Part shown: positions 51,041 through 64,000 of the stretch, one piece after another | Layout: the number at the start of each line of letters is the position of its first letter | Numbering within the stretch: position 1 is the first letter of the stretch | DNA from: Callorhinchus milii | Lineage: Eukaryota | Assembly: GCF_018977255.1 (NCBI RefSeq) | Contig: NW_024704743.1 | Coordinates: 51,586,001-51,650,000 of the forward strand | Reading direction: 5' to 3' | Length of the DNA: 64,000 nt | Program-made: the position numbers and the translations under genes | Notes under the pieces: model-generated | Seen by the model: only the letters and a program-made list of their open reading frames with translations | What the model was told of the DNA's origin: nothing | Database searches by the model: none

Positions 51041-53094
51041 CAAATTGTAGTGTAATAATGTCGGCAGAATAACCAAGGGCCAACATAACAGTCATAATCA
51101 ATTTGTTTTTCACCTGACATCCAAAAGCTTTCAAGTAGGGGATCACTGGCTAGCAATATTACCAGGAGCATGAGAACATTTACAGTAACTCTCGTGCCTT
51201 GCATGGAATCAACAACAACAAAAAACTACATTTGGATAGCGCCTTTCATGTTAAGAGGATTTCCCAAGGTGCTGATCAACTAATAGCAAAGTATAATAAA
51301 TTGAATTGCTTCCTCCGGAGTCAACCCCACTGTGGATACCTCCAAGGTAGAATTGATCGCAATGGTCAATATTTGGAGTGATACTGAGAAAACAAAATAA
51401 ATGAACACAAGACAAGCTTAGTTAAAAACTGCCTGCAATACAGACAGAATTGGACATTGGACATGTCATCAGAGTTGGAAGCATAGACGGCCATATTCTG
51501 TTTCAGCTACTTGTACAGGCCAATGAAATCCTTTGTAGTCACAGGTTTGTGCGACATCCCGTCCTTCACAATGCAACTTTTGTTGCAAGGATTATTATTT
51601 TTATTATTGTTTAATTGATTTATTTCAACTTTCTGGCTATACTTGTCTGTCAGCTAAACTTTGGTTTAAAAGTTGAAATAAATTAATTATTCAATGCCTA
51701 GACTCATTGATCAGATGAATGTGGACCCAAAAGAATCAAGACAGCCAAAATTTTCAGACAAGATGAAAATCTATGCATTTGCCGATGTGCATTGAACAAC
51801 TTTGGACTCCAAATTGAAGAATCAGTGATGCATGACCATGGATCTTGTCAAGACTCAAAGGACCATTATCCTTTCCATCACTTCAGCTATTTGGGAGGAC
51901 TTGCATATGACTTCTCTCACAGGCTATCAGATTTTGGCAGGCTCTTGGCAAGAGGTCAGGTCAGTTAATAACAAGAGCGGAAACATTTGCAGGATGATTA
52001 TGAGTGTAACCAACAATATTTGCTCCATGTAGCTTACACTTTTTCCACCTTTCTTTTCAATGGCTTCACTGTAAATGAAGACAATCCATCTCTCGTATCC
52101 CGTTAAGTTTAATGTCTACTGCCTAGTCTTAGTGTTTAGCTTCCATTCCTCCACTTACATATGGAAGCACTCTGTTCCCCAGCCAGATGATGGATGGTCA
52201 TCTGCCATTCTACAAGCAGCCTGTTTTTTTTTCTAAATGAGGCCACACTGGATCTCACCAATCACATGAATAACTTAATAGATTAAGTGTGATCTGTAAA
52301 CAATTATAGCCACATGACTTAGTCAATAGAAAACAGGAGAAAATTCTCTATCACATAAACAGTTACACTCATGAGTCACTTAATGGGCCACATGGAGCAA
52401 TTATGTTGTCAGTTAGAATAACAGCTGAGCGGAATTTGTCTCATTTTAACTGGAAACCTCCTCAGTTTTCTGCAGTTCTTAGCACAATCTACAATGACGC
52501 AGCTGATTTTAGATCTGAAATGAATAACCACACAAATTTTAGCGAGGAACCTGTATACATAAGCCTTGATTAAGATAAAACATATTTGGGGGAAAAAATG
52601 GGGAATTGTATAAATTAAGAATTATAAGATTCTTAAGGAGAAACTTAGCTTCAGAATGAAACATATACATTTTCAGGTTCACGTCAAGTTGGGGGGGCAG
52701 GAAGGGAGTACATTAGAGAAGGATCATTGTATGCATGTTTCAATTACAAGCAGGTGAAGGAGCTGAAACTATTGCTCAAGTACATAATAAAGACTTAATT
52801 TATGTCATTATTACGTCTTACATTTGGAATATAAACACTGGCATAGACTGGTTGGGCCGAATGGATTGTTTTGGTGCTTCCAGTCCATGAAAAAATATGC
52901 TAGAAGGAGATTTGCTGCAGATGCTGTATGCAGCCTTCCCTGCCCCAGCAAACTTTGGAGGCAGCACAAATAGGGATGTTTAAATAAGAAAGACAGATAC
53001 TTGGGTATTAAAGTTATTGAAGGGGTATTAAAGGAGTATTATTTTGGAACCTAAGGACTACTCTAGACTCCTCCTTTCTTCCATAAACCAAATC

Positions 53095-54490
53095 CTCCAT
53101 CCACCCTCCCATGCCTCTGTCATCCTCTCCTCCAACAACAAATTCGAGGAGATGAGGGGTCAATTTCCACATTTATGTGGATGACACACAACTCTGTCGT
53201 GCCAATTCCACTCTCGACTCCAGGCTAATTGTCTGTCTGACATCAAGTCCTGGACAAGAGCCAACTTCTTCCAGCTCAATGTTGGCAAGACAGAGGCTCT
53301 CCTGCTTGGTTCCCAGCAGTGCCTCCTCACCTCAGCCGCTGACCCTATCACCATTCATAGCTGCACTCTTCAAATCATCGAGCCAACAACAGCAACAAAA
53401 TTACATTTGTAAAGTATCTTTCATGACGGAAGGACATCCAAAGGCACTGGACAGTCAGTGCTTCAGACCCGAGCTGGTGGTCAGGATTGGGGAGGGTTGA
53501 AGGTAGGGGGGGAAGCAGGGTGATCGAAAGAACAGTCGAAGAGGAGGGTCTTGAGATGGGTCTTGAAGGATGCTAGGGAGGGGACGAGGTGGAGGGACTG
53601 TGGGATGGAGTTCCAGAAGGTGAGGACAGAGTGGCAGAAGGTCCAGCCGCCAATGGTGGAGTGGGCGAGGCAGGGGACATGAAGCAGGCTGGAGCCCACT
53701 GAGTGGAGAGAGCAAGCAGGATGGTACAGGGTTAGTAAGTCGCAGAGGTAGGGGGGAGGAAGACCATGGAGGGCTTTGAAGGTGAGGACCAGGATCTTGA
53801 ACTGTATTCTCTGTGTGATGGGAAGTCAGTGGAGTCGGGTGAGAATGGGGATGATAGGGTCACAGAAACTGGTGTGGGAGAGCTACTCCAAAACCTGAGT
53901 GTCCTTTTCGACCTTCAGCTATCCTTCAAACCCCACATTTGTGCTGTAATCTATTCTGCCTTTCCACACCTCCGCAACATTGCCTGCCTCCACCACTGTC
54001 TCTCACTGCAGGCCACTGAGACCCTAATGCACATTTCATTACTTCCCAGCTTGACTATGCCAACTGCCTGCTCACTGGACTTCCCAACTCTTCCCTCCAC
54101 AAGCTGCAGATTATTCAGCACTCTGCAGCTCATGTACTCTCACACACCAGGCTCCGAGAAACTATCACCCCTGTTCTAGCCCGGCTTCACTCGCTCCCCA
54201 TTCCATAGAGAATTGAACACAAAACCCTTGTTCTTACCTTCAAGGCCTCCAAGGTCTTGCCCCTACCTCTTCAACCTCATAACCCCATATCAGCCTGTCT
54301 GCTCCCTCTGCTCGGCAGACACCGGTCTGCTTCAGATCCCCCACACTTCCCACCCACCATTGGCAGTCGGGCATTCAGCATCTCTGCCCCCACACTCTGG
54401 AACTCTATCCCACAATCCCTCCACCTCACCCCCCTCTCTTTCATCCTTCAACTACCATCTGAAGACCTTCCTGTTTGACCATTTTCTTCA
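53095..54490 (+). mobile_element. L2 LINE RT-to-3' region, interrupted at 53384-53883
   Basis: GVNFHIYVDDTQL (YADD), NFFQLNVGKTE, then QNLSVLFDLQLSFKPHI, HLRNIA, LKTFLFD. Confidence 0.92.
53384..53883 (-). mobile_element. L2 3' end inserted antisense into another L2
   Basis: ASFKTHLKTLLFD, stem-loop tail and (ttg)n; similar to 10047-10540. Confidence 0.92.
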
Positions 54491-57400
54491 AATTGGGTAT
54501 GGGGTGCTCAGTCCCGAGTCTATCGTCAAGGTCTGTTCTTAAGCAAACATTTTAATAATATTTTCTGCTGTGGGATAATTATCACCATTGATAGGCATCA
54601 CATCTCATTGCTGCATTACACACACCCCCAACCATACCAACACACACACACATACACACACTCAAAGACGCACCATTCTTCAGTTCAGTGCCATTTATAT
54701 TTACCAGTAGTACTAACAGGATTCCTACAGAATTGCTCAACTGGCATATTATTTAATTGGAATTTGGTTACAGTAGGATGGTTTTCTCTTCAGTTAGTGA
54801 TGTTGTCACCAAATCAAGAGAAACAATGCCCTTTAGCAACAGTGCAGTAACTCAATGAAATACTGGTCATCAGCAAGGCAGATATCGCAATACAGTTTGA
54901 CTCATTGAGAGATAAAGTAGTACTTTACGCAGACTATGTAGTTAGAACCCAGAAGGTAAATGGCAGATTTCAGAACACGATTGTACCAAAGGTGATCAAC
55001 CGATATTGAGACATGTAATTCATAACCAATAAAATTATTACAGAGGGACTGCTGAGTCTTGTCTCTGATCATTTAAAAAAATGTTTAAATATGAACAGAT
55101 AAAGACCTCCAACGTGCAGCAAATTACTTTTGAATATGATACATTTCAAAAACATATTTCCACACTATCTATGTGTACTGTTTTATAAATACTGTAGTTG
55201 AATTTTAATAAATTCAAGACAAGCATTCCAAGAATGTTATGCTTCGATCAGAACTTCCATGCAATGAGAGTCAATGGGAAATTTGTGTGTGGATCAGGTA
55301 TGCATCTGTCCACATTCCACAGAATGTTTTGGTCGACTGATTATGCTTGATAACCCTGTTCAGGCATTCCACTTCATTGAGGACTGAACAGCTTTGTAGC
55401 TACGCCAAAAAATTTCCAATGTGAAGCACTTATTAATTATTAACACTTTGTCCTTTGAAAGAAACATTTACTTCATTTATTTGTATGTTTATTTAATGTT
55501 TAATGTAGGCATGTTTACATGGTAAAACTTCAAAAGAAAACTGCTGCACACTAACTCACTCCAAGTTGACTCTAGTCCAGTGGTTACACTGAAAACAACA
55601 TCAAAGTAATATTGGAGTAAACAGCTGAATTTGCGCTTTGATTTACAAAGCCTTAACGTATAATGCAGTCTGGGAATTGATCAGCTTTGCGTTTTTAAAC
55701 AGACATGAAACAATTTTCCCCTTAGTAGAAAGAGAGTGCTTCAGACTCGTTTGGATGAATGTATTTAGCATCAAGAATTAATTATAAAATGACCCATTCA
55801 TATTGCGGCCACCAAATCAATATCTACTGGGAAACAATTGTGTTAGCTATAAAGAATGGGTCATGTTGAGATCTGTATCAACTGTAATTTCCTTCCTGCA
55901 TTGGAACATATTTTCTGGTTAAGAATACCATTTTGAAAACAAAAACTGAACATTTTATCATATACACCCAGCATCATTTATATAAATGAAACACAATATC
56001 CATGCAGACTTCAAGTTGCAAATTAATTTTAGTTAACACAAAATGTTTATATTCACAAAATCAGCACCATAAAATTGTTTGTGAAATTTGGCTTGAAGCA
56101 TGTAAGAAATATATTGTGGATCTTATATTTTTGGTTATGGCTTAACAAATATTTTGACCATATATGCGTTTTTTGTAATTTATTACACATCGGGCATGTT
56201 GTGTCCTTAATAATAGGTGGTGTATTTAAGCGCTCTTTGAAAAAATGGTTTCTGATATATCTAATCCCCAAAACTTGAAGTGCCATAGTTTTAAACATAA
56301 CTTGGCATCAATGAAGCTAAATGGTTACATGCAATAAAATATTGATTAACTCGTTTCTCCAATCGGGTACCCTAAAATGACAATGAACTTGATATTTCTT
56401 ATTACATTTAAAAGAATGGAGAAAACAATGATTAAATCATTTTTAATAAAATACTGACAAAATTGCACCAAAACCAACATTCATAAATGTTGTCCGTGTG
56501 CAGAGTGATTTAATAAGTGTTCTCAAAAAGTCTAAATAATTATTTAGCCTTGGCAATAATTAGAGTAATACTTCTGAGACAGCTAACTGACTAAACAGTG
56601 CAATAAAATGCAAGCCTTGCAAATATAGCCTTACATTTCCTTTTAAAATGGAAACTGGTTTATTTGCAAATGCACAAAACATTATTCTTGGACAAGCCTC
56701 AGTAGAGTGATGGAGGGGATAAAAACGGATGCATTGTGCAGCTCCTGGGAGCAGAGATCAGAGTCTGCCCCTTCTCAACATAGGTTCCTCTTGGCCTTCC
56801 AGTCACTGGAAACTCTCAGTCTGGTTTGGATACCTTTCAGACACCTGGCTGACCAAAGTTGCAATTATTAACTATCCCCATGACTGTATTATGCAGTGGT
56901 TAGCAAACAGCTACAATGATCGCCACCTTAGATTGACGGTATTGTAAAGCACAAACAAAGGAAGTGTTGTTTTAAACACCCTCCCAAAATCTCCTTAATT
57001 ACTACTCATGTGTGAGTGTGTGCACTGTTGTGCTGCACCTCAGCCAATAACTGTGGATGTTGTACCAGGCTTAGCAACCAAAGTTTGAGGCTATAGCTTT
57101 GGTTCAAAGGAACCACCCCTGGAACACGATTGGTATCTCGGAAGTTCTCAAAATATAAGATACATGTGCTAACCCTGGAAACTGGCTGTGGACATATGAT
57201 ACATGGCCACAACGGTTCCCTGCTACCTGATGACGTCTAGAAGACATGAAAAAGCACTATATCAAATGCAAGGATTATAACATCCATGCTGTAAAAGCCT
57301 TTCCTTCTCATCTAAGATAGGGGATTGAAAGACACTGATTTGATTGTAACAAATGTACAATCTATTGCATTATACGTCTTGAGTTATAGTTTGTGATGAA

Positions 57401-58059
57401 AAAGTTCATTCTTGGCTGTAATGGTCTGTGGGAAATGATGGGGAGGGTTTGCTAATTTAGCTCCTACTTCACTCTAGGAAGTAGATCCTGGTTACTTAAC
57501 TCGTCTGTCTGGAAATACTTAAGGTTGCGACCGAATAGCTTGCTCTAATTACCAAAGTCTGCTGCTTTGCTGCAGGTAGAAACAAGGCTAGTCTATGCAA
57601 GTCATGCTTAAAATACAGCAATACAATGTACCTGCTGTTCGTAAGGGTGCAGTTTCCTGCAATTGCAGTCTCAGACCTTATATGGTTTGCAGCCCTGTGA
57701 TACCAAGCTAAGCCCTTGTCTTCTAGTCAATCAAACATGATCATTATGGTTGTGGTTGATGGGTGAATTAGTCATCTGGGAATCACACAATAAAACACAG
57801 ACAGTTGCAAGAGACAGATCTTGTGAAATCTCTAAATTACTTGTGCATTTTCAGTAACTTGTGAAATCACCGTGCCACTTTGATTTAAACACGACAGCCT
57901 TACAATTATGGATTTAGTACTGCTTGTCCCTCCTTGAACATTTGACAATTAATGTATTGATAAAATTCAGTCCAGACATAATACTGCCGTTTAAATACTA
58001 CAATAATAAAGACAAGATTAAAGAAAGTGATGAAAAGGGAGCCAGTCACCATTGAAGAG

Positions 58060-58680
58060 GTTTGGGCAGACTTGAAGCCAGCAAATGTGGTTTCCCATAT
58101 TTAAGAAATGTGATAGAACATTATCTGGCAACTACAAACTCTGAACTCAATGATTGGAAAAATGATGGAGTCAATCATCAGAAAGAAAATGGAAGATTAT
58201 TTTTGTAAAATAACCTGATAAATGGCAGCCAGCACAGCTTCAGAAAGGGTAGGTATTCTCTGACCAACCTCATATACATGTTTGAGGAGGTGACATTTCA
58301 AATTGACTGTGGTAAGGATTATGATGTGCTGTGCCTAGATTTGCCAAATGACCATATGAAAGATTCCATCACAAATTAATATCACTGGGTAACTACGGCA
58401 AGACAATTATTGGCTGCCGCGTTTCGTCCACAAAATATACTTTACAGTATATCCTGTGGAGCACTTTGAGTCATATCCAAGACGTGATAAAGGGCTGTAT
58501 GAAATGTAAGGATATATTATATAGACATAAATTTGAAATTGGCTGGAGGCAAAAATAAATTTATGTAACCTTCCATAATGGAGACTGCTAGAATCAGTGG
58601 GTAAAACAAATAGCATCAATGTATTTAAGAGAGAACTTGATCCATACATGAGGGAGAATTTGCAATTATATAGCACCTTT
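58060..58680 (+). mobile_element. CR1 RT fragment and 3' part, split by a SINE tail at about 58405-58520
   Basis: ANVV..IFKK, GNY, IGKMMESII, SQHSFRKGR..LTNL..FEEVT, DV..LD motifs. Confidence 0.85.
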
Positions 58681-59460
58681 CAAAAGAATATAGGAAATCA
58701 GGAAAAGGAGAAGGCCATTTCAGCTCATTGTATCTGTTCCACCAGTTTATTAGATCTTGTAATATCTTTTAATCCCAATGCCCTCCCCTTTTGACATACT
58801 TCTTAATACATCTATAATAATAAATACTAGTCCTTGCATTTGATATAGCTATTTTCACATCACAGTGATACAGTCTGAAGGGATTCCCAATTTAAAATAT
58901 CCCTTTGCTACCATAAATCAGCATTTCAACTGAATTCCAAATTAATTTTCCTTTACTTCTGCAGTCAAAATCGGCCTAGACTCGGACAGCAGATTCACAC
59001 AGAGCAATGAACAATCAGAGGTAGGGGCCGGAATGAGCACAGAGACAAACCGTGTGGGAAGTTATATGAGTGTGATATCAACCTGACATTGATTTTTGAA
59101 CTCATTAAATCTGCACCATTTCACAATGCTCTACCCTTAGGTAAGAGGATAGTTCTTTGAGGATAAATTAATTCTACCTTTTAACTGTTATTACTCTATT
59201 CCACTTCAGTGAATCTTAAATACAGTTTATCCTGTACCCCAATTTAAATTAGCAACCCAAATTACAACTACTTGTCTTGGCAATGATTACCCTAATATTC
59301 AGGTATTGGGAGATAAGAGGAACATATAGACCAAATTGATTCTACCTGGTTTGTTATATAATGGCTATATTCATATTTATCCGTCAGTGTTTCCTTTTAG
59401 ATATAAAAGGCACTGCTACATATTCTTCATTTTTTATTGTAGACAGCTACTGTGGACCAC

Positions 59461-59830
59461 AAGTCCTATTGCATATTGGTTGGAGCACTTGCCTCACAAG
59501 CGAGAGGACTTGGGTTCGATTCCCAGGCGGGGCAAAACGTTAGGCAAGTTTCCTTACTCCACACGGCTGTTTACCAAGCAGTAAGTAGGAACTTGGTTGT
59601 TAGTCGATTGTCGGGTCACTTTTCTGTGAGTAATAACCCATTCAAAACATTTAAAAAAAAATAATTTTGTCATTACTGTTTGTGGGACACTGCTGTGTGC
59701 AATTGGCTACTATGTTTAGCCCTCAAATTCACTTTACAATATATTCTGTGAAGAGCTTTGAGGTGTTTCGAAGACATGATAACGCGCTATACCAAATGCA
59801 AGGATTATTATTATTTTTATTATTATTATT
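59461..59830 (+). mobile_element. SINE family A, long form
   Basis: B box ggttcgattcc, central ctgtttaccaagcagtaagtaggaacttgg, tail. Confidence 0.92.
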
Positions 59831-61389
59831 AAGACCTTGCATTTCTTGATGTAAATGTTTGGACATGATTTATCTGTTAGTTGCTTTTTACCATTGTTAC
59901 CATTGAAGATTTTTGTTTGTGCCACAATTGCTCCTGCTTGTCACAAACCAAGTTCTAATTGCTTTGTACTGAATGCAGAAAGAGATACACTTGGCTGTAG
60001 CTGTAGAAGAAAACACAGAGTGAACCACAGGGATTCAGCCAGTTTTGAAGTTATCCGGTTCGGATGCCTTAAGGTCAGTTTCTGAACAAGATCTGTGCCA
60101 CTCCCCAAAAAGCGTCCTGAGACTGACATTAACTGATTGGCTCTTGGAGTGATGGGTCTGGAGACACAGGTCTCTGTGAGAGGAGGAAAACATCCTTAAT
60201 TTAAAATATCTCATGTAAGGAAACAATACCATTGATGTACATTAAAATGGTTTAACAAAAACCTTTCTGACATCTGAGAAGAGAAAATTGAAAGGCAAAA
60301 TTATGACTACTGCAATTAAACTGACATTTTCAGTCTGCATTTGTGACATAAATCTGAGTAAAATCAGATTTTAACATCTATTTTGTCAATTCCAAATATG
60401 TTTCAGAAACAGATCAAGTGCAAACCAAGTTGACAGCATTTTTGATTGCTTAACCTATTGTATCTCTTTGCCTTAAGCTGATTGTTAGAAAGTACAATTT
60501 CTCATGAGGTTTCAGTTTGTATTTCTCCAAATGTTCTTGTAAGTGAAAGCCGACTCCAAAAAGCTTAAGGAGACACCTTTGCTAGTCTCAGGGTAAAAAA
60601 AAGTGTTGTAGTAATTTGCTCTTAGCTGCAGTCTTGCAGCTGTCTACATTTATAAGGTCACTATTACCACAACCTAAACCAAACTTTTCAAAGGTCTGGG
60701 GTCAAGTTTCAAATAACTGCACATTCTTACTTTAACTGAAAGCAAACCCCAGACTCAGCATGATCTAAGATTAATGTTCATCTTTTCTCACATTAGAGAC
60801 TTCAAAGAGACCAATTACCACTGGTCTGACATGGGCTACTGCATTATACTTCCTGCGTAAAGTGCTACTTCTCTGCATGATGTTCTTTGACAGTTCTGGC
60901 CACCAGTCCGTTTTCACTTCTTTCAGTCATTAGTAGCCCCTAGCCTTTGAGAGCAGTTGACATTGTGAATGGTGAAACACAAAACTGGACTGCTTTGCTT
61001 TCTCTCAGTCAGCAATATGCATGTTCAAAGGTACCAAATTTAGTTCCCTCCCTTTTGCTTATCCTAGCAATCTCACCTAACAACAACATTTAAAGTGACA
61101 TAGTACAGACCAGACTGACATTATTCTCAGAAAACAACAAGCACTCAATGACAAGGAAAGTGAAGCGGCTGAGTGCAGACACACACGGTTATCTATATTT
61201 TCTCTATATGAATTCAATTGAAACAAATTGTATGTTTTGTGGTGTTTGAAGAGACTCCAGCTATCCAACTTGAAAAAGATATTACATCTTCACCTTTTGA
61301 ATACGCTCATAAAAACCATGCCATTTGTTATGAAATGAAATGGTGGCTTGAGTGTTGTAAATGGCTTTAAGCACTTCCCACAAGAGTGG

Positions 61390-61523
61390 CTTGTTCCAAG
61401 TTATCATTGAGTTTCGCCCACAATATATACAGTCAATTCACTTTACAGTATATTATGTGAAGTGTTTTGAGATGTCTAGAAGACGTGATAAGGCGCTATA
61501 TCAAATGCAAGGATTATTATTAT
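61390..61523 (+). mobile_element. SINE family A tail
   Basis: gtttcgcccacaa..cagtcaattcactttacag...gcgctatatcaaatgcaagg(att)n. Confidence 0.9.
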
Positions 61524-62180
61524 TTTACCTCCGGAGAATCCCCAGCAGTGTGTGCAAATCTCAGACTGCAAACCAAGTATGGGTCAAAAGTCCCATTCAA
61601 TACTCTATTGAACTACAAAACTAAATTTCTTTTGAGCTTCAGGCTGGCCAGGAATGTTAAGTTCCAACTTACTCTGAGGTTGAAATAGAATTTATAAATC
61701 ATTCGACTGAGTTAAAACTAGTAATATGTAACAGGGGAAATGGTGCATTTTCCTTCCAGAGCTGTCAGCATTAGTCCTAAATCCATCTAGGTCTGGTTTC
61801 GATCAAACCAGGTTAAAGTATTCGGCCATCAAAAGATGAAGTCATGAGATTCCATTGGACAGGGATCACTATCAGTATTAGAGCACATTTTCAATAGCAC
61901 CTTGTTTACCTTGTATAACAACGTTATGTTTCACAAAGTGTGACTCAGACATCCTCTTACTCTGCAGCCAAAGGATCATATCTGGCACATTGCTTAAATC
62001 CACAACATGTAGAGTACTGTGCAACAAAGTGAAGGTAAAATATGGAACATATGGGGCTCTACTATAATGTTGCCACATTTTGCGTACAGTATATAAAAGT
62101 TGACCACTTACTGTATCAATATCAAAACTGTTAGACCATTGAGGTCAAGAGAAATTCCAGGTTCCCAGGCCTGGATATTT

Positions 62181-62576
62181 CAACAACAATAATAGTAATA
62201 TGCCTTAAGCATAATATAGTGCCTTTCACATTAGGAGTATATCTCAAAGCACTTCAAAGAATCTACTTTTAAAGTGTATTGACAGCTAATTTGTGCACAG
62301 GAATGTCCCTTAAATAGCCATCAACTGAGTGTTCATTTTTATCCAAGGGATTGTTGGATAGGATACCGGGAGAAACTCCCTGTCTTTATGTAATAGTGTC
62401 ATGAGATTTTTAACATTCACCAGAACATGCAGATAGCACCGTGATTTAACATTTCATCTGAGTGATGGCATCTATAGCTATGCAGCACATTCCCAGCACT
62501 GTATTGGAATGTCAGCAAAAACTGTGAGCTTGAACCCAGAACCGCTGACTCAAGGACAAGAGTGCTACCAACTAAG
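62181..62576 (-). mobile_element. DeuSINE, near full length, degraded
   Basis: Reverse complement ttagttggtagcactcttgtcc head, gatgaaatgttaaa central domain, tail. Confidence 0.8.
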
Positions 62577-62997
62577 ATTTTTTTGTCGAACTCCACTGAT
62601 AACACATTACATACCTGTACCCCCAACTCAGTGGCCATTCAACATTGCTAAGCATTTTGAGATGCCCTCCTGATTTGAAAGGCATTATATACATGTCAAT
62701 TGTACTGTATATATGTTATTCAGATATTTTGAGTTGGGTTATAACTGTAATACATCCCTGTACTAAAACCACTGAACAACTAATTTTTGCTTGCCTTGTG
62801 TTCCGTATTCCTCCATCTTCTCTTTATTTTCTAATACTTTAACCAGCATAACATATTATGTACTTTTCCTCTAATGTTTCAAAGTTTAAAATCCTTGTTT
62901 ATTTGTTTTCTCTGGCTTGGCTTTGGAGATGGGATCCATATTATCCACATTGGTCTGATTGTCTCAGATCAAGTCAGAAAAGATTTCTCTACAAATA

Positions 62998-63140
62998 CAC
63001 AGTTGATAGCACTCTCAACTCTGAGTAAGAACGTTGTGGGTTTAAGCCCCACATCAGGTCTTTGAACACTCCAGTGCAGTGCTAAAGGTGCACAGTGTTG
63101 TCAGGGATGCCGTACATCAGATGAAATATTAAACCCAGGT
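62998..63140 (+). mobile_element. DeuSINE 5' part
   Basis: cagttgatagcactctcaactctgagt..gtgggtttaagcccc, gatgaaatattaaaccc. Confidence 0.75.
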
Positions 63141-63920
63141 GGAGTGGAACAGATGGGGACATGAAGCAGGCTGAAGTTAGAGGAGCAGAGGAAGTGGTCA
63201 GGGGGTTAAGGTTGGAAGAGATTGCAGAAATTTAGTGGTATTTTAAGTTGAGGATGAGGATCTGAAAGTTAATCCACTGAGGGAAATGGTTCCAGTAGAG
63301 TCTGGTGAAGATGGAAGTGATGGGCTCATGAAGCCTGGTGTGGGAGAAAATGCAGGTTAGGATAGTCTGGAGTTTTTGGATGGTGAGGTGAGAAGGCTGA
63401 TGAGTAAGGTACTGGAAAAGTTTAATTTGGAGTCAACAAATGTGTGGATGTGGGTTGTGGCTGCATTAAGGTGAGGTAACTCTTTGACCGAGCCTTCGGC
63501 TCCCCTCTCGACTCTCTACCCCCTCCTCTACCCCATCCTCACTCCCTCCCTTCCCTCCCCTCACCCTGACCATTTCCCCCCTGCTCGGGTCCTGACCCAA
63601 CTGTACAGCGCCTTGGGACGTCCTCCTGACGTGAAAGGTGCTCTATAAATGGAATCTTGTTGTTGTTGTTGTTGTAATGGTGGAGGGGGGCAATGTTATG
63701 GAAATAGAAAAAATAGTCTTAGTCAGAACGTAGATGAAAGGAGAGTTAAGGGTTGAACAAATTACCAAGGTTCTGATCAGGCACTGTAATTTGGAGAAAC
63801 AACTAGGGACATCAATATGGTCAATGCCGATGGAGGAGGTGCTAACAAGAGCCAAGTACAATACTCTCAGTTTTGTCACTATTGAGCTGGAGAATTTTAA
63901 GGTTCATCCTAATCAAGATT
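63140..63920 (-). mobile_element. Degraded L2 interrupted by a plus-strand L2 tail (about 63485-63675)
   Basis: Minus strand has LQLNSDKTE and IHTFVDSKLN traces; the inserted tail is agcgccttgggacgtcctcctgacgtgaaaggtgct(ttg)n. Confidence 0.75.
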
Positions 63921-64000
63921 AATAAATCCATATTTGTAGGCAAATGCAGTAACCAATTTTGCACACAGCAGGTTCCACACATAGCTATGAAGTGAATAGC

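Noticed and set aside
51735..51800. RQPKFSD peptide reminiscent of Harbinger Myb/SANT-like proteins
   Set aside because: Too short, followed by stops, with no transposase or TIR support.
1..64000. Recurring hairpin repeats that might suggest a CRISPR-like array or prokaryotic system
   Set aside because: Dispersed, in both orientations, irregularly spaced SINE/L2 tails in eukaryotic DNA; no operon structure or cas-like genes.

Overview
AT-rich, repeat-dense, non-coding vertebrate DNA with no recognisable host protein-coding exon, rRNA, true tRNA or CRISPR array. All protein-like ORFs are broken reverse-transcriptase fragments of CR1 and L2 LINEs. The repeats are CR1, L2, SacSINE1-like DeuSINEs, an abundant tRNA-Ala-like SINE with an L2-type tail, and a Penelope-type end. 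This mix points to a cartilaginous fish, probably a holocephalan such as Callorhinchus (inference from remembered consensus sequences, not a search). Repeat-free islands resemble conserved non-coding elements, suggesting a long intron or gene desert. Most notable: (1) a fold-back Penelope-like insertion with a decayed hammerhead-ribozyme core and target-site duplication (45760-46018); (2) a minus-strand candidate small exon whose splice acceptor is paired by a hairpin from the downstream intron (47420-47523), with other frame-compatible candidate exons; (3) a triple nested SINE-in-CR1-in-L2 insertion; (4) an unidentified 300-bp retroposed insert with a 10-bp TSD; (5) old SINE families I cannot name. 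I see no convincing novel multi-gene system. Repeat boundaries are by eye (about +/-20 bp).
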